Assembly: GCA_051362555.1 (NCBI GenBank)
Contig: CM120644.1
Span: 24,202,534-24,266,533 of the forward strand
Source of the DNA: Lingula anatina
Lineage: Eukaryota > Animalia > Brachiopoda
DNA length: 64,000 nt
Direction: 5' to 3'
A program made the position numbers and the translations under genes. The notes beneath the pieces were generated by a model that was not told the DNA's origin, searched no databases, and saw nothing but the letters and a program-made list of their open reading frames with translations. Shown here in pieces: positions 39,405 to 50,909 of this stretch. Positions within the stretch are counted from its first letter, which is position 1. Each line of letters begins with the position of its first letter.

Positions 39405-40545
39405 CTCTTACTTGGTTTTATAAATCTTGTATTAATTGCATTTAATTGTATGGAATAATGGTTGTTTTACCTAGATTTTATTTATGATATTTTATGTAGT
39501 ATTATTTTTGATATTTTACGTAAAGTCTACTGAACATTTTTAATGGATTTTAGACTTAAAATAAATTTATTATAATATAAAGTCGATTTTGCAAGATATT
39601 GAGACCGATGCGCAAGCAGCACAACTACTGCATTGCATTGACATATGCACTGACAGACATTTAACTGTATTTCCTGGCTTTTATATAAACAACGTTTCTG
39701 ATGTGAATTGCATTCGGTATTGCTGAATAGCATACAAAATAGGTCAGGTATTGTGGCATTCATTCTACATCATAAATTAACATGCCATGGTTATACGAGA
39801 CGATATGATAAACATATCGTGACAAAATGGAGGCAAATGCACTGGAAGAAAGAAAATTAATTATGACACGAACTGATCTTTTCAAAATAACGATAACAGA
39901 TGTACATAGCGGCTGCATCTATGGGGATATTTGTTTCAGTGCTTGGTAGGGATAGAGGGCAAGTATTAAATATATCGTTTCTGGCATGTTTCCACAAAAT
40001 CAATTATCGTTGAAGACATGCCATTATCAACATATTCCTCAATCATTGCTCTATCCATCCCTGCAACTGGAATGTGTTTTTATTTCAATTAATGTATGAA
40101 GTGGGAAATAGAAGTAGATAGCAGGATGTGCAGGTTTTGGGACTTTTTGTAACGCTGTTATACAGGTACCTGTTAGCTTGCGATAGTGTCACAGTAAAAG
40201 GAGCATACCACAATATTACATCGTTGACTGTTAAATGGGACTGTGTACGCTTATTACCTTGTTGTCCTTTTATTTATAAAGAGCCTAAGTCAGGAGAGCA
40301 AACAGGTATTTTATATGTGTCGTTTTATGATACCACGTCATGTGAATATCTAGGTGAGATGATCGTTAACGACAGTGACACGAGAGTTGAATCGACTCCA
40401 CAGTGAAAGCGTCGCACTTCGTAGAATCTTCCAAAGCAACATAAGGGTAGGTACCCCTAATAGGAAGGTTTCCACCTCATTCAAGTAGATTACTTACTAG
40501 TATATCATATCACATAAGAGTGCTGACAAATATATTATTATAATT

Positions 40546-40676
40546 TACATAAAAATTATCAAACACAAGCCTAAATATTTCCATACCGTTAGCATACGGC
40601 CAACCCGGTAGAAGGCCTTTGGCCGTAAGCTAATGAGACGGAAATATTTAGGCTTGTGTTCGATAATTTTCTTGTA
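40546..40676. mobile_element. Fold-back (hairpin) MITE in the 5'-UTR intron of copy 2
   Basis: 52-bp arms with 6 mismatches and a 15-nt loop, TAC...GTA ends; absent from the homologous intron of copy 4. Confidence 0.7.
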
Positions 40677-40973
40677 TGATACAACTACCAAGCTAATGAA
40701 CATTTTGTTTATGCTTTTTTAATTGAATGAATTCATCAGTGTGAGAATTGAAAGGTCGATTAGTTAGAAAAGCACTGAGTCACTCGATCTTGCCAGTACC
40801 TCAATGAATTGAACGTTTATTTCAAGGCATTTTGCATGTTCCCTGTACCTCCCTGTTGCAATGCTGACCAATTTCAACAATGCATTTTTTCTAGATCTAT
40901 AGTAAGAGAACCTGCCGACTTATTTATTCAGTTACGTGGCTCTGACATAACAGTTCAAGAAACCACGTCGATA

Positions 40974-42371
40974 ATGGCACATAACATTATCCGCCCACTT
41001 GGACGTGTGGAAACCGACTGCGCTTTGATGCATGAGGAAAACGTCAATACAGTTGCTTTTACCACGTGGTTCACCTCAAAAAATTTTATAACAGATGACG
41101 TATGGGCACATTGTCTCGGTCAACTGCAAGCAGCCATTCCGCCTCTTCGCCTGTCTTTAGTTTGGCACGAAGGGAAAATGCACTTCAAGTATATGGACAT
41201 CCCTCGTGTAGACATCGAGGTTGTTGAAGGGACGGCAGAAGATGACTGGGAAAAGGTCCACGAGGATATGATGCGCGTGAGCTTTGACACAGCAAATGGC
41301 CCTCTTTGGAGGGTGAGAATAGTGAGCATGCCCAAACGAAACGCTGACTCAACAATGAAGGGATACCTCGTAAATGAAAACGACCTGTTTAACAGCGTGG
41401 TAGTGTTTGGAATTCATCACTCTATCCTGGATGGGATCTCGAATCTATTTATGCTACGCAGGCTAATGAATATCCTAAACGCAGCCATGTTGGGTGTGAA
41501 ATGTGAGGATGGCGATACCGTGATGCTTCAGCCAGCTTTGGAAGATCTCTTGCCAAAAGATGAAATGGCATTTAGTTGGGGAGATTACATCCAAGTAGCA
41601 ATTTTAAAGTTAATGGAGTGGTTTCCAAGCAAGAGCCTTTATATGAAACGATTCCTGCCACCGACAGCAGTAGGTGAAACGTATACAAAAACATTGGCGG
41701 TTGAATTTTCAATCCCAGAAACGGAGAGAATTTTAGCAAAATGTAAGGATCATGGGACAACTGTCCATGGCGTCTTCTTTGCTGCTGCATCCATGGCCAT
41801 GGCCAGTCTGGTAAATGATGGAGAACCTCACAGCGTTTTGAACATTGGATCTACCCACGCTGTTAACATGCGACGTTTTCTTCCATCCGAATTAAACGCT
41901 GCTTTTGGGCTTTTGGTTTGGACACCTGCTGTCACATTAATGACTCCAACCACTGTGGCGTATTCTGCCTTATGGAGACTTGCAAAGAATGCAACCCAAG
42001 TTGTTCACTCCGCACTTAGAAATGGAGAGGTCACGCAGTCTTATAAAATAGAAAAATACATGGGTGACGACAGCGTGAAGCGCATGCTAGCCTATCCGGA
42101 TTGTACAATGGAATTTTTTATGTCCAATATCGGAGACTGTGACAAGTTATGTCCTCCTGGCGGAAAAGACGACGAGGTTCACGCTACAAGAATTGTCACG
42201 TCCACGGCGTCGCTTAGGTATCCTGCGCCGTTTGTGCACTTTTTGCACAAATTCCGAGGTCGATTCTGTTACAATGTAGACTACTGCACCAACAGGGTGA
42301 GTGATACCAACGCCCACAAATACGCTGAGCTGACCGTGGAGTTGATGAAGATGGCAGCAGGAGACGAATAG
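40974..42371 (+). CDS. HHxxxDG acyltransferase copy 2, 465 aa (chimera: copy-3 N-part + copy-1 C-part)
   Basis: Intact ORF MAHNIIRPLGRVET...HHSILDG...MAAGDE*. Confidence 0.88.
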   Translation: MAHNIIRPLGRVETDCALMHEENVNTVAFTTWFTSKNFITDDVWAHCLGQLQAAIPPLRLSLVWHEGKMHFKYMDIPRVDIEVVEGTAEDDWEKVHEDMMRVSFDTANGPLWRVRIVSMPKRNADSTMKGYLVNENDLFNSVVVFGIHHSILDGISNLFMLRRLMNILNAAMLGVKCEDGDTVMLQPALEDLLPKDEMAFSWGDYIQVAILKLMEWFPSKSLYMKRFLPPTAVGETYTKTLAVEFSIPETERILAKCKDHGTTVHGVFFAAASMAMASLVNDGEPHSVLNIGSTHAVNMRRFLPSELNAAFGLLVWTPAVTLMTPTTVAYSALWRLAKNATQVVHSALRNGEVTQSYKIEKYMGDDSVKRMLAYPDCTMEFFMSNIGDCDKLCPPGGKDDEVHATRIVTSTASLRYPAPFVHFLHKFRGRFCYNVDYCTNRVSDTNAHKYAELTVELMKMAAGDE

Positions 42372-42393
42372 ACATAGAGATGATTGGAATTAA

Positions 42394-44878
42394 AGGGTTT
42401 GCTTCATGCCGTCAGAATGGCCTGAACGGAACATATTCTTCAGAAAACATGCCCAACTAACGATATCTTTATCCAAATACACAAATTAAAAGCTCATTTT
42501 GTAAATTTTTGGCTTTAAAAAACGTCCTATTTGCTCGGCCTGGGAGTTGATGAGCTACGTGGTCACGTGGTACAATGACGACAATCGAGCCACTGGAGAA
42601 CAGAGCGTGCTTAGCTGTCAAACTGAGCTGCATTGTCTACCTGTAAGATGACTTCTCTGGCTTCTGATAAAAGTTAATACTCATTCAAATCTCTTACCCG
42701 AGGGGTCTAAATCCTCGTGAAGCTGTGTAAAACCATTTCCCGTCTAGTCATTTCTTTAACAAGCATTTCATTATGGTTATCCCAAGTTGTATAAAACACT
42801 GCATTTGAATGAGTTAAGGGAAATGTTGATTATTGCATATGAGGTCCATGTTATTTGTGAAATTCAATTTATTTTATTAAACCGCTGACACTCCGTCTTG
42901 CATACTTTTATTAAACTGAGGTAAACAATGCCCGTTACCTTTACAAGTCCTATCTTAATCATCCATCTACCTGGAACTTCCTTTACCTCTTAATTAGAGG
43001 GTTAAATGGCATTCAATTTGTCTTGCTTGTATCGAACGCACTCTCTATCTAAGCTTTACTCCAGTTATCTCAGGTAAAAATCTACCTGTGAGTTAGTTAC
43101 AAAGCGCAGCTCCCGTAGACCTGGGGGTACTAGATAAAATCTGAACACCAGGTTTATCGAGGAGCTAGAGAAAGAAAGGAAGAATTTTTCCTGCACAACT
43201 TCATAGGAATGTTAACACGGACTTGATCCAGCTTAGACCTCCAAACTAACAGGGTGACATGGGCAATTTTCACAAACAAATCATAAAACTATATTTCAGT
43301 TAACCGCCTTTAAAATAAATATACCGTTCTGGGTAAATTAAAATAGTTATTAAATCGCAAGAATATTTTTGACTTAAATGATGATTTTATTATTAATGGA
43401 AATTAAGCTACTATATGAGGTACATTTGCTGTGATTACACTGTCCTTCATGTTTTGCGTAAGTCTACATTTTGCTGTATGTGCTTGTAATCTTTTAAAAT
43501 ATGTGCGTACAATTTTTGCAGGTCTGGTTACCCCCCTGTTATGTGATGAGAGTATTAATTTGGCAATTAGTTCTTTAGCTTATTTGAATAGAATTGCAGT
43601 GTATAATTTTCAACAAGATGTTGGCGAAATAGCCCATTACTCTTTGTAGGTATTTCCCCCGTCAAAGTTTGTCTAAAATTATCTTTCAATCTTTACTCTT
43701 TCAAAGACAGTATAAAGTTACCTGACATATTTTCGTGTAAACTTAATGACAAGCCAAGTGCCTCCAGTTCATTCCGTACTCAATTTTACCCAAGCAAATT
43801 TTTTTCTTGAGTAGATCTTTATAGCACGGTGTTATAAGCTTACAAATTTGCAAAAAAAAAAAAAAAAAAAAAAAAAAATTGCGTACTGACGCAGAATTTG
43901 CGTTTCAAGTTATAAAATAATCAATCTTTTAAATTCTTTAATATTTCAGATGAAATAATCTTCAGAAACAAATCCTCAAAGCATAAACGAATTAGGATAA
44001 CGAACCATTTTATTATAGCAGTTCCCATTTTTTTTTAATATAACGCTCTTTTTCCTGTTTTTCCTCAACACGTTTTCTTCCACGGAAGCTTCAAGATACC
44101 CTGAGAGCAATTTCTTTTATTAATGTTCGCGACCGTGTTTGAACTTAATTGTTTAAGTATTGATATTTAACGTCATTTACAAATACCAATAAAATCACCC
44201 CTTGAAATAAATGAGATATTTTGAAAAATATGAAAGCCCACCAAGACGAGTTTCATACCTGTTATTACCTGGCTTGGGAATTGCAGCGGTGCATAATTAA
44301 CAGGTTTGTTGTAAACGAGCTTTTGGTCAACTACAATGCATTTAAAATGCATCAGCAATCAGTAAGTTTGCCAACTGATGACAGTTAATCTGAAAGACTA
44401 CCAGCTCTTGATATGATCTAAACCACCTGAGGTGACCATGATCTAGAGCATCGCAACTATTGTCACCGAAGTTAGTAAGTAAGTCACGGAAGACAGTCAC
44501 AGACAAAGAAAGATTGTCAACGAGAGCTGCAATTTTGGTGAATCCCACGGCAACACACCGAGGCATAACGAAAATTCCTCAACTCCGTTCAACACAACTT
44601 TCCTTAACTTCTCCGTCTGTATGCACCACGTCTGTATGCAGCTCAGTTGAGTCTCATAGACCTTTATCGTGATTGTCGTCACAGTACCACGTGACCCAGA
44701 TCTGTTGCTTCATTTTTGCATATTGAGGTGAGGTTTACTAAAACGCTTTTTTTTCTACTAATAGATTGTTTTTATAATTTTTAAATGGCGGGGATCGATT
44801 AAAACATACCTCTAGTGTATAGATTGAGTGCTGTATCTTCAAAATTCGAGAAATGGATTTTTACATGAACATTGTCCT
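42394..44878. mobile_element. Kolobok-like non-autonomous DNA transposon, 2485 bp
   Basis: TTAA TSD (42390-42393, 44879-44882) confirmed by the empty site in the duplicate (GGAATTAAGTTTTTC at 36332-36346); AGG...CCT termini; 26-bp subterminal inverted repeat 42561-42586/44671-44696. Confidence 0.88.
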
Positions 44879-45643
44879 TTAAGTTTTTCTGTTTTGCCCT
44901 ATTTGAATTTGAGAAAAAAAAACAACTAAGTTAATATAAGTGACTGAGTTAATATAGGCATTTCAAGCTGAGTGTGAGGTGCTGCGACGGTATGGGGCAG
45001 AGAACGACCAAAATGCAGCTTAGGAGTTGTACTGGTGTATAAGTTTGGCATCTGGCACAAAATATCACAGTGGCGTGCAAATCGAAGAATACAATAATAA
45101 CATAAATGAATAAACAAACCAGAAAATAGTCATGATGTTTTCACACACTCATCTTTTTGGAGAGTTGGTTTATATTTTTCAGGCGGCCATGGCTGATTAG
45201 AGAGAGGACATATTAGAGAGGTCATGCATATATTAGGTCACGTAAGATAACCTATAACCAACTATGCTTTAATACCCATGATGTGTTACACTTTTTATTT
45301 AATGCAGGGTTACTTAGCAAATACAGATCGCATCTATAACAGCACCATAACGCCTACATAAGTATAAGCTTTATGGTAATGTTTATGCTGGGAAGATGAA
45401 TATTTTGAATTATAAAGCTTCTTTTGCTATTTGCCTAGTACCAATAGTGTCCAATAGTCATGGAACTTTGGACATTGATACTTTATACTAATTAAGCAAA
45501 TTCAATTGCGTCCACACAGGTGATGGTGTGTACTGCATGAATGAAATTATTACTAACTAATTATAATTATGTATAACTAACCTCATGTAAGCCAGAGTTT
45601 TGGTATGATGATTCCTTGTATTATCCATGCAATAAGCGTTGTC

Positions 45644-45722
<79 letters not shown>

Positions 45723-46911
45723 GGCCACATATGGTAAGATACACACGATATTATCATCTGTTTGCACACTGGATTCATTGTTTTGCAAATAGAGATGAAA
45801 ATAATGAAAAATAGTCAATTTCAGACAGAGTCAAGAGGCAAAACGGAGGACGAGTAGTTTATTAAAATATTGACAGTAACATCAAAGTAAACCCTTAGAA
45901 AATTGTGAAATATTTACAGAAAATAATCATATATTCTTACAACTTTACTTATCTCATCATCAAATAGTTTACGAAGCTGAATATCTGCGTATCCTTAGTT
46001 TACTTGAGATCGTTTTAAAACGTACATGAAGTCTTTATTTATTTGCTGAAATATTTCAAAAGGGTTTTTTTTTCTTTTTAATAACAAACCTTCTATTACC
46101 ATTCATCCACTCGTGGCAAAAGCATTACTAAAGTGGACTTCAGTTTGGAAGTACGTGGCCACACCCTACCATGTATAACGGGTAGTAAATTGTGATATGA
46201 GAGGTCCACACCCACTGTCAGCCTGGAGATGACGCTGAACATTTGGCTGATATATACATTACGTGTCCTTTCAGGTTTTTTTTTTTAACTTGGCACAAAC
46301 GTTATTTGAACTAAGCAGATCATTTTCAATGCAAATTTCAACACTTGTTGCTAGGGTAATATATATGCTATCTAGCAAATGTGGTTTAGGTTAATTTGGG
46401 TTTTAATGGCCGCAAAATAGTCTGTAGCTAGTTCTACAGGTAATACCCTAAAACCAGTTTTTAATCATTTAAACTGGACAAAAAAGGTCGTATTGTAACT
46501 AAGGTAAATTACTTCCCTAACAACCATTTCTAAGCAACATTTTGGAATTTTGAACTCTACCCTTGAAAATGATCAGCATAGTCCTTAGAACATTTGTGCT
46601 AAGTCTGATTCTTTTTCCACATTCTGAGCAACGTTGACAATCAGCGCAATCATCTAGACTAAAGGAACGCTCTAAATATATCAGTAATAAGAGGCATGTA
46701 ACATTGACACATTACTACGTAAAAAGGGTCGACGTTCAAAGAGGTCAGAGTTGGGGCATTTACTGGATAATAAAATTATGAAATTTATTCAAATAATTTG
46801 AACCTTGAATAGTTATTTGATGATATGTATGAATTATTCTGCCTCAAACTATAAACCACATAAATGTCATAACAGTAGCATATGGTAAAATAATTGGAAG
46901 GAATTAGTCTT

Positions 46912-47936
46912 TTAGTCTTTTACGTTCTTATTTTACAGGCCGGTCACAGCAGGTTATGATAAAAGGCATATTATCAAATGCTTCAGAGATAGCTTTTGGT
47001 GTGCCACAAGGCAGTGTTCTAGGACCTCTTGTTTTTTGCATGTATACCTTACCAATTGGGGCCATATTAAGACATCATAACATTGGCTATCATATTTATG
47101 CTGATGACACACAGATTTTTACTTGTTGCAATTTAGAAAATCCAAATGAATCTATTGATATATTGTCTGAATGTATTGATGATCTTCGCGGGTGGCTGAT
47201 TAGTAATATGTTGAAAATTAGCGATTTAAAGTCTGAACTTTTGGTAATAAGTCAGCCACATAATAGTATGATAGCACAACAAATTCCGCTCAAAATTGGA
47301 TCAAGCATTATTAAGCCAACACCTCATGCAAAAAATCTTGGTGTATTTTTAGATGGATCACTTTGTATCAACAAACATATTGCCAGTGAATGCAGGTCAG
47401 CGGTTTTTAACATTAGGAACGTAAGTGCAATTCACAATCAGTTGTCTGACTCTGCTGCAGCCACAGTTAGTTACTGTTAGTTACATCTCGATTAGATTAC
47501 TGTAACTCCATTTTATACGGTTGTCCAAAGAAACAAATTGCTAGACTGCAGCGCATTCAAAACATTTCGGCCAGATTATTAACTCGGACATCCACAAGTA
47601 AAAAACATCTCCCTAGTTTTAAAAAGTTTACACTGGCTACCTCTACAAGCCAGAATTTTATTCAATTTTTTTAGTTTTTACTCACGATGCTTTTTATGGA
47701 TTGGCACCAATCTACATCAATGAATTAGTCAGTCACTATGTTCCAATGCGAAATCTGTAGACCAATTGCTACTCAACCCAGTAAAAATGCGATTAAAAAC
47801 CTACGGTGATATATCTTTTAGAGCTGCAGGTCCAAAGGAATGGAATCTATTACCGCTGGAAATCCGAGCAATTCAGTCTACCAAACATTTTAAAAAAGAA
47901 CTCAAAACATACCTTTTTAGGAAATATTTTGATTAA
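46912..47936 (+). mobile_element. Duplicate of the L2/CR1 LINE fragment
   Basis: Same sequence and lesions as 38380-39404, offset 8532. Confidence 0.92.
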
Positions 47937-49077
47937 CTCTTACTTGGTTTTATAAATCTTGTATTAATTGCATTTAATTGTATGGAATAATGGTTGTTTT
48001 ACCTAGATTTTATTTATGATATTTTATGTAGTATTATTTTTGATATTTTACGTAAAGTCTACTGAACATTTTTAATGGATTTTAGACTTAAAATAAATTT
48101 ATTATAATATAAAGTCGATTTTGCAAGATATTGAGACCGATGCGCAAGCAGCACAACTACTGCATTGCATTGACATATGCACTGACAGACATTTAACTGT
48201 ATTTCCTGGCTTTTATATAAACAACGTTTCTGATGTGAATTGCATTCGGTATTGCTGAATAGCATACAAAATAGGTCAGGTATTGTGGCATTCATTCTAC
48301 ATCATAAATTAACATGCCATGGTTATACGAGACGATATGATAAACATATCGTGACAAAATGGAGGCAAATGCACTGGAAGAAAGAAAATTAATTATGACA
48401 CGAACTGATCTTTTCAAAATAACGATAACAGATGTACATAGCGGCTGCATCTATGGGGATATTTGTTTCAGTGCTTGGTAGGGATAGAGGGCAAGTATTA
48501 AATATATCGTTTCTGGCATGTTTCCACAAAATCAATTATCGTTGAAGACAAGCCATTATCAACATATTCCTCAATCATTGCTCTATCCATCCCTGCAACT
48601 GGAATGTGTTTTTATTTCAATTAATGTATGAAGTGGGAAATAGAAGTAGATAGCAGGATGTGCAGGTTTTGGGACTTTTTGTAACGCTGTTATACAGGTA
48701 CCTGTTAGCTTGCGATAGTGTCACAGTAAAAGGAGCATACCACAATATTACATCGTTGACTGTTAAATGGGACTGTGTACGCTTATTACCTTGTTGTCCT
48801 TTTATTTATAAAGAGCCTAAGTCAGGAGAGCAAAGAGGTATTTTATATGTGTCGTTTTATGATACCACGTCATGTGAATATCTAGGTGAGATGATCGTTA
48901 ACGACAGTGACACGAGAGTTGAATCGACTCCACAGTGAAAGCGTCGCACTTCGTAGAATCTTCCAAAGCAACATAAGGGTAGGTACCCCTAATAGGAAGG
49001 TTTCCACCTCATTCAAGTAGATTACTTACTAGTATATCATATCACATAAGAGTGCTGACAAATATATTATTATAATT

Positions 49078-49208
49078 TACATAAAAATTATCAAACACAA
49101 GCCTAAATATTTCCATACCGTTAGCATACGGCCAACCCGGTAGAAGGCCTTTGGCCGTAAGCTAATGAGACGGAAATATTTAGGCTTGTGTTCGATAATT
49201 TTCTTGTA
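49078..49208. mobile_element. Duplicate fold-back MITE in the 5'-UTR intron of copy 3
   Basis: Same sequence as 40546-40676. Confidence 0.7.
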
Positions 49209-49505
49209 TGATACAACTACCAAGCTAATGAACATTTTGTTTATGCTTTTTTAATTGAATGAATTCATCAGTGTGAGAATTGAAAGGTCGATTAGTTAGA
49301 AAAGCACTGAGTCACTCGATCTTGCCAGTACCTCAATGAATTGAACGTTTATTTCAAGGCATTTTGCATGTTCCCTGTACCTCCCTGTTGCAATGCTGAC
49401 CAATTTCAACAATGCATTTTTTCTAGATCTATAGTAAGAGAACCTGCCGACTTATTTATTCAGTTACGTGGCTCTGACATAACAGTTCAAGAAACCACGT
49501 CGATA

Positions 49506-50909
49506 ATGGCACATAACATTATCCGCCCACTTGGACGTGTGGAAACCGACTGCGCTTTGATGCATGAGGAAAACGTCAATACAGTTGCTTTTACCACGTG
49601 GTTCACCTCAAAAAATTTTATAACAGATGACGTATGGGCACATTGTCTCGGTCAACTGCAAGCAGCCATTCCGCCTCTTCGCCTGTCTTTAGTTTGGCAC
49701 GAAGGGAAAATGCACTTCAAGTATATGGACATCCCTCGTGTAGACATCGAGGTTGTTGAAGGGACGGCAGAAGATGACTGGGAAAAGGTCCACGAGGATA
49801 TGATGCGCGTGAGCTTTGACACAGCAAATGGCCCTCTTTGGAGGGTGAGAATAGTGAGCATGCCCAAACGAAACGCTGACTCAACAATGAAGGGATACCT
49901 CGTAAATGAAAACGACCTGTTTAACAGCGTGGTAGTGTTTGGAATTCATCACTCTATCCTGGATGGGATCTCGAATCTATTTATGCTACGCAGGCTAATG
50001 AATATCCTAAACGCAGCCATGTTGGGTGTGAAATGTGAGGATGGCGATACCGTGATGCTTCAGCCAGCTTTGGAAGATCTCTTGCCAAAAGATGAAATGG
50101 CATTTAGTTGGGGAGATTACATCCAAGTAGCAATTTTAAAGTTAATGGAGTGGTTTCCAAGCAAGAGCCTTTATATGAAACGATTCCTGCCACCGACAGC
50201 AGTAGGTGAAACGTATACAAAAACATTGGCGGTTGAATTTTCAATCCCAGAAACGGAGAGAATTTTAGCAAAATGTAAGGATCATGGGACAACTGTCCAT
50301 GGCGTCTTCTTTGCTGCTGCATCCATGGCCATGGCCAGTCTGGTAAATGATGGAGAACCTCACAGCGTTTTGAACATTGGATCTACCCACGCTGTTAACA
50401 TGCGACGTTTTCTTCCATCCGAATTAAACGCTGCTTTTGGGCTTTTGGTTTGGACACCTGCTGTCACATTAATGACTCCAACCACTGTGGCGTATTCTGC
50501 CTTATGGAGACTTGTAAAGAATGCAACCCAAGTAGTTCACTCCGCACTTAGAAATGGTGACGTCACGCAGTCTTATAAAATAGAGAAACACATGGGTGAC
50601 GACAGCGTGAAGCGCATGCTTGCCAATCCGGATTGTACAATGGAATTTTTTATGTCCAATATCGGAGACTGTGACAAGTTATGTCCTCCTGGTGAAGAAG
50701 ACTACGAAGTTCACGCTACAAGAATCGTCACGTCCACTGCATTACGTAGGTATCCTGCGCCTTTTGTTCACTATCTGCACAAATTCCGAGGTCGATTCTG
50801 CTACAACCTAGACTACTGCACCAACAGGGTGAGTGATACGAACGCCAAAAAATATGCTGAGCTGACTGTGGAGTTGATGAAGATGGCAGCAGGAGATGAA
50901 CAGACATAG
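49506..50909 (+). CDS. HHxxxDG acyltransferase copy 3, 467 aa
   Basis: Intact ORF with HHSILDG; CAG where copies 1 and 2 have TAG, adding QT at the C-terminus. Confidence 0.88.
   Translation: MAHNIIRPLGRVETDCALMHEENVNTVAFTTWFTSKNFITDDVWAHCLGQLQAAIPPLRLSLVWHEGKMHFKYMDIPRVDIEVVEGTAEDDWEKVHEDMMRVSFDTANGPLWRVRIVSMPKRNADSTMKGYLVNENDLFNSVVVFGIHHSILDGISNLFMLRRLMNILNAAMLGVKCEDGDTVMLQPALEDLLPKDEMAFSWGDYIQVAILKLMEWFPSKSLYMKRFLPPTAVGETYTKTLAVEFSIPETERILAKCKDHGTTVHGVFFAAASMAMASLVNDGEPHSVLNIGSTHAVNMRRFLPSELNAAFGLLVWTPAVTLMTPTTVAYSALWRLVKNATQVVHSALRNGDVTQSYKIEKHMGDDSVKRMLANPDCTMEFFMSNIGDCDKLCPPGEEDYEVHATRIVTSTALRRYPAPFVHYLHKFRGRFCYNLDYCTNRVSDTNAKKYAELTVELMKMAAGDEQT

Larger units (their letters stand above)
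35900..50513 (+). repeat. Recent ~6.05-kb tandem segmental duplication (unit 1 ~35.9-41.95 kb; unit 2 ~41.95-50.5 kb including a 2.5-kb TE)
   Basis: Near-identical sequence at offset 8532-8542 (e.g. 38424/46956, 40809/49341), and at offset 6054 before the TE. Confidence 0.92.

Noticed and set aside
40809-40973. N-terminal extensions on the acyltransferase ORFs in the ORF track (also 34857, 49341, 53342)
   Set aside because: They are not conserved across copy types, start at non-ATG codons, and lie in the 5'-UTR intron; conservation begins at the acceptor just before MA(N/H)NIIRPLGR.
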